Part shown: positions 43,753 through 43,803 of the stretch, in pieces | Position numbering within the stretch: position 1 is the stretch's first letter | How the letters are laid out: each line of letters opens with the position of its first letter | Assembly: GCA_018167155.1 (NCBI GenBank) | Contig: GCA_018167155.1_4332.1 | Length of the DNA stretch: 43,803 bases | DNA from: a phage | Reading direction: 5' to 3' (one strand) | Translations under genes and position numbers: made by a program | Notes under the pieces: generated by a model | Seen by the model: only the letters and a program-made list of their open reading frames with translations | Databases searched by the model: none | Told to the model about the DNA's origin: nothing

Positions 43753-43781
43753 AATATAGTAGGGTCGCAGGTAATAGTCAA
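43753..43781 (-). promoter_or_regulatory. Sigma70-like leftward early promoter TTGACT-N17-TATATT with a degenerate AATAG/CTAGT palindrome over the -35
   Basis: Plus agtcaa 43776-43781 and aatata 43753-43758; about 30 nt upstream of the first early ORF. Confidence 0.5.
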
Positions 43782-43803
43782 CTAGTCATTGCAGAAAATA
43801 GAT

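Overview
The window reads as a complete or near-complete genome (~43.8 kb) of a virulent tailed dsDNA phage of an enterobacterial host; no integrase, tRNA or CRISPR array was seen. Layout, left to right: (i) 97-3822, minus strand: a block of small genes ending in a lysis cassette (two holin-like proteins and a GH24 lysozyme) with a rho-independent terminator at 1-30; (ii) 4328-17223, plus strand: replication and DNA metabolism (AlpA-like HTH, AEP-primase/RecA-like ATPase fusion, DUF2800 Cas4-like nuclease, DUF2815 SSB-like protein, family A DNA polymerase flanked by two HNH endonuclease paralogs, VRR-NUC, C5-cytosine methyltransferase-like protein, SNF2 helicase), interrupted by one lone leftward XRE-type HTH gene (7046-7261); (iii) 17251-41921, minus strand: a sipho-type structural module (TerS, TerL, portal, MuF-like head morphogenesis, overlapped Rz/Rz1 spanins, scaffold, major capsid, neck proteins, tail tube, G/T chaperones, tape measure, distal tail proteins, J-like protein, tailspike); (iv) 42141-43719, minus strand: small early genes driven by a promoter at the right end. 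Three self-contained plus-strand cassettes, each with its own promoter and terminator, are inserted antisense inside the structural module (27339-29185, 36236-36564, 38113-38664). The most striking feature is a 14-bp palindrome, AATAG-N4-CTATT, embedded in at least nine sigma70-like promoters across the genome. Coordinates of CDS taken from the ORF track are reliable; hand-derived small ORFs and motif positions may be off by 1-2 nt. All functional calls are from motif recognition by eye, not database searches. The Asp-box tailspike hints at K1-capsule (Kagunavirus/T1-like) affinity, but that is inference.
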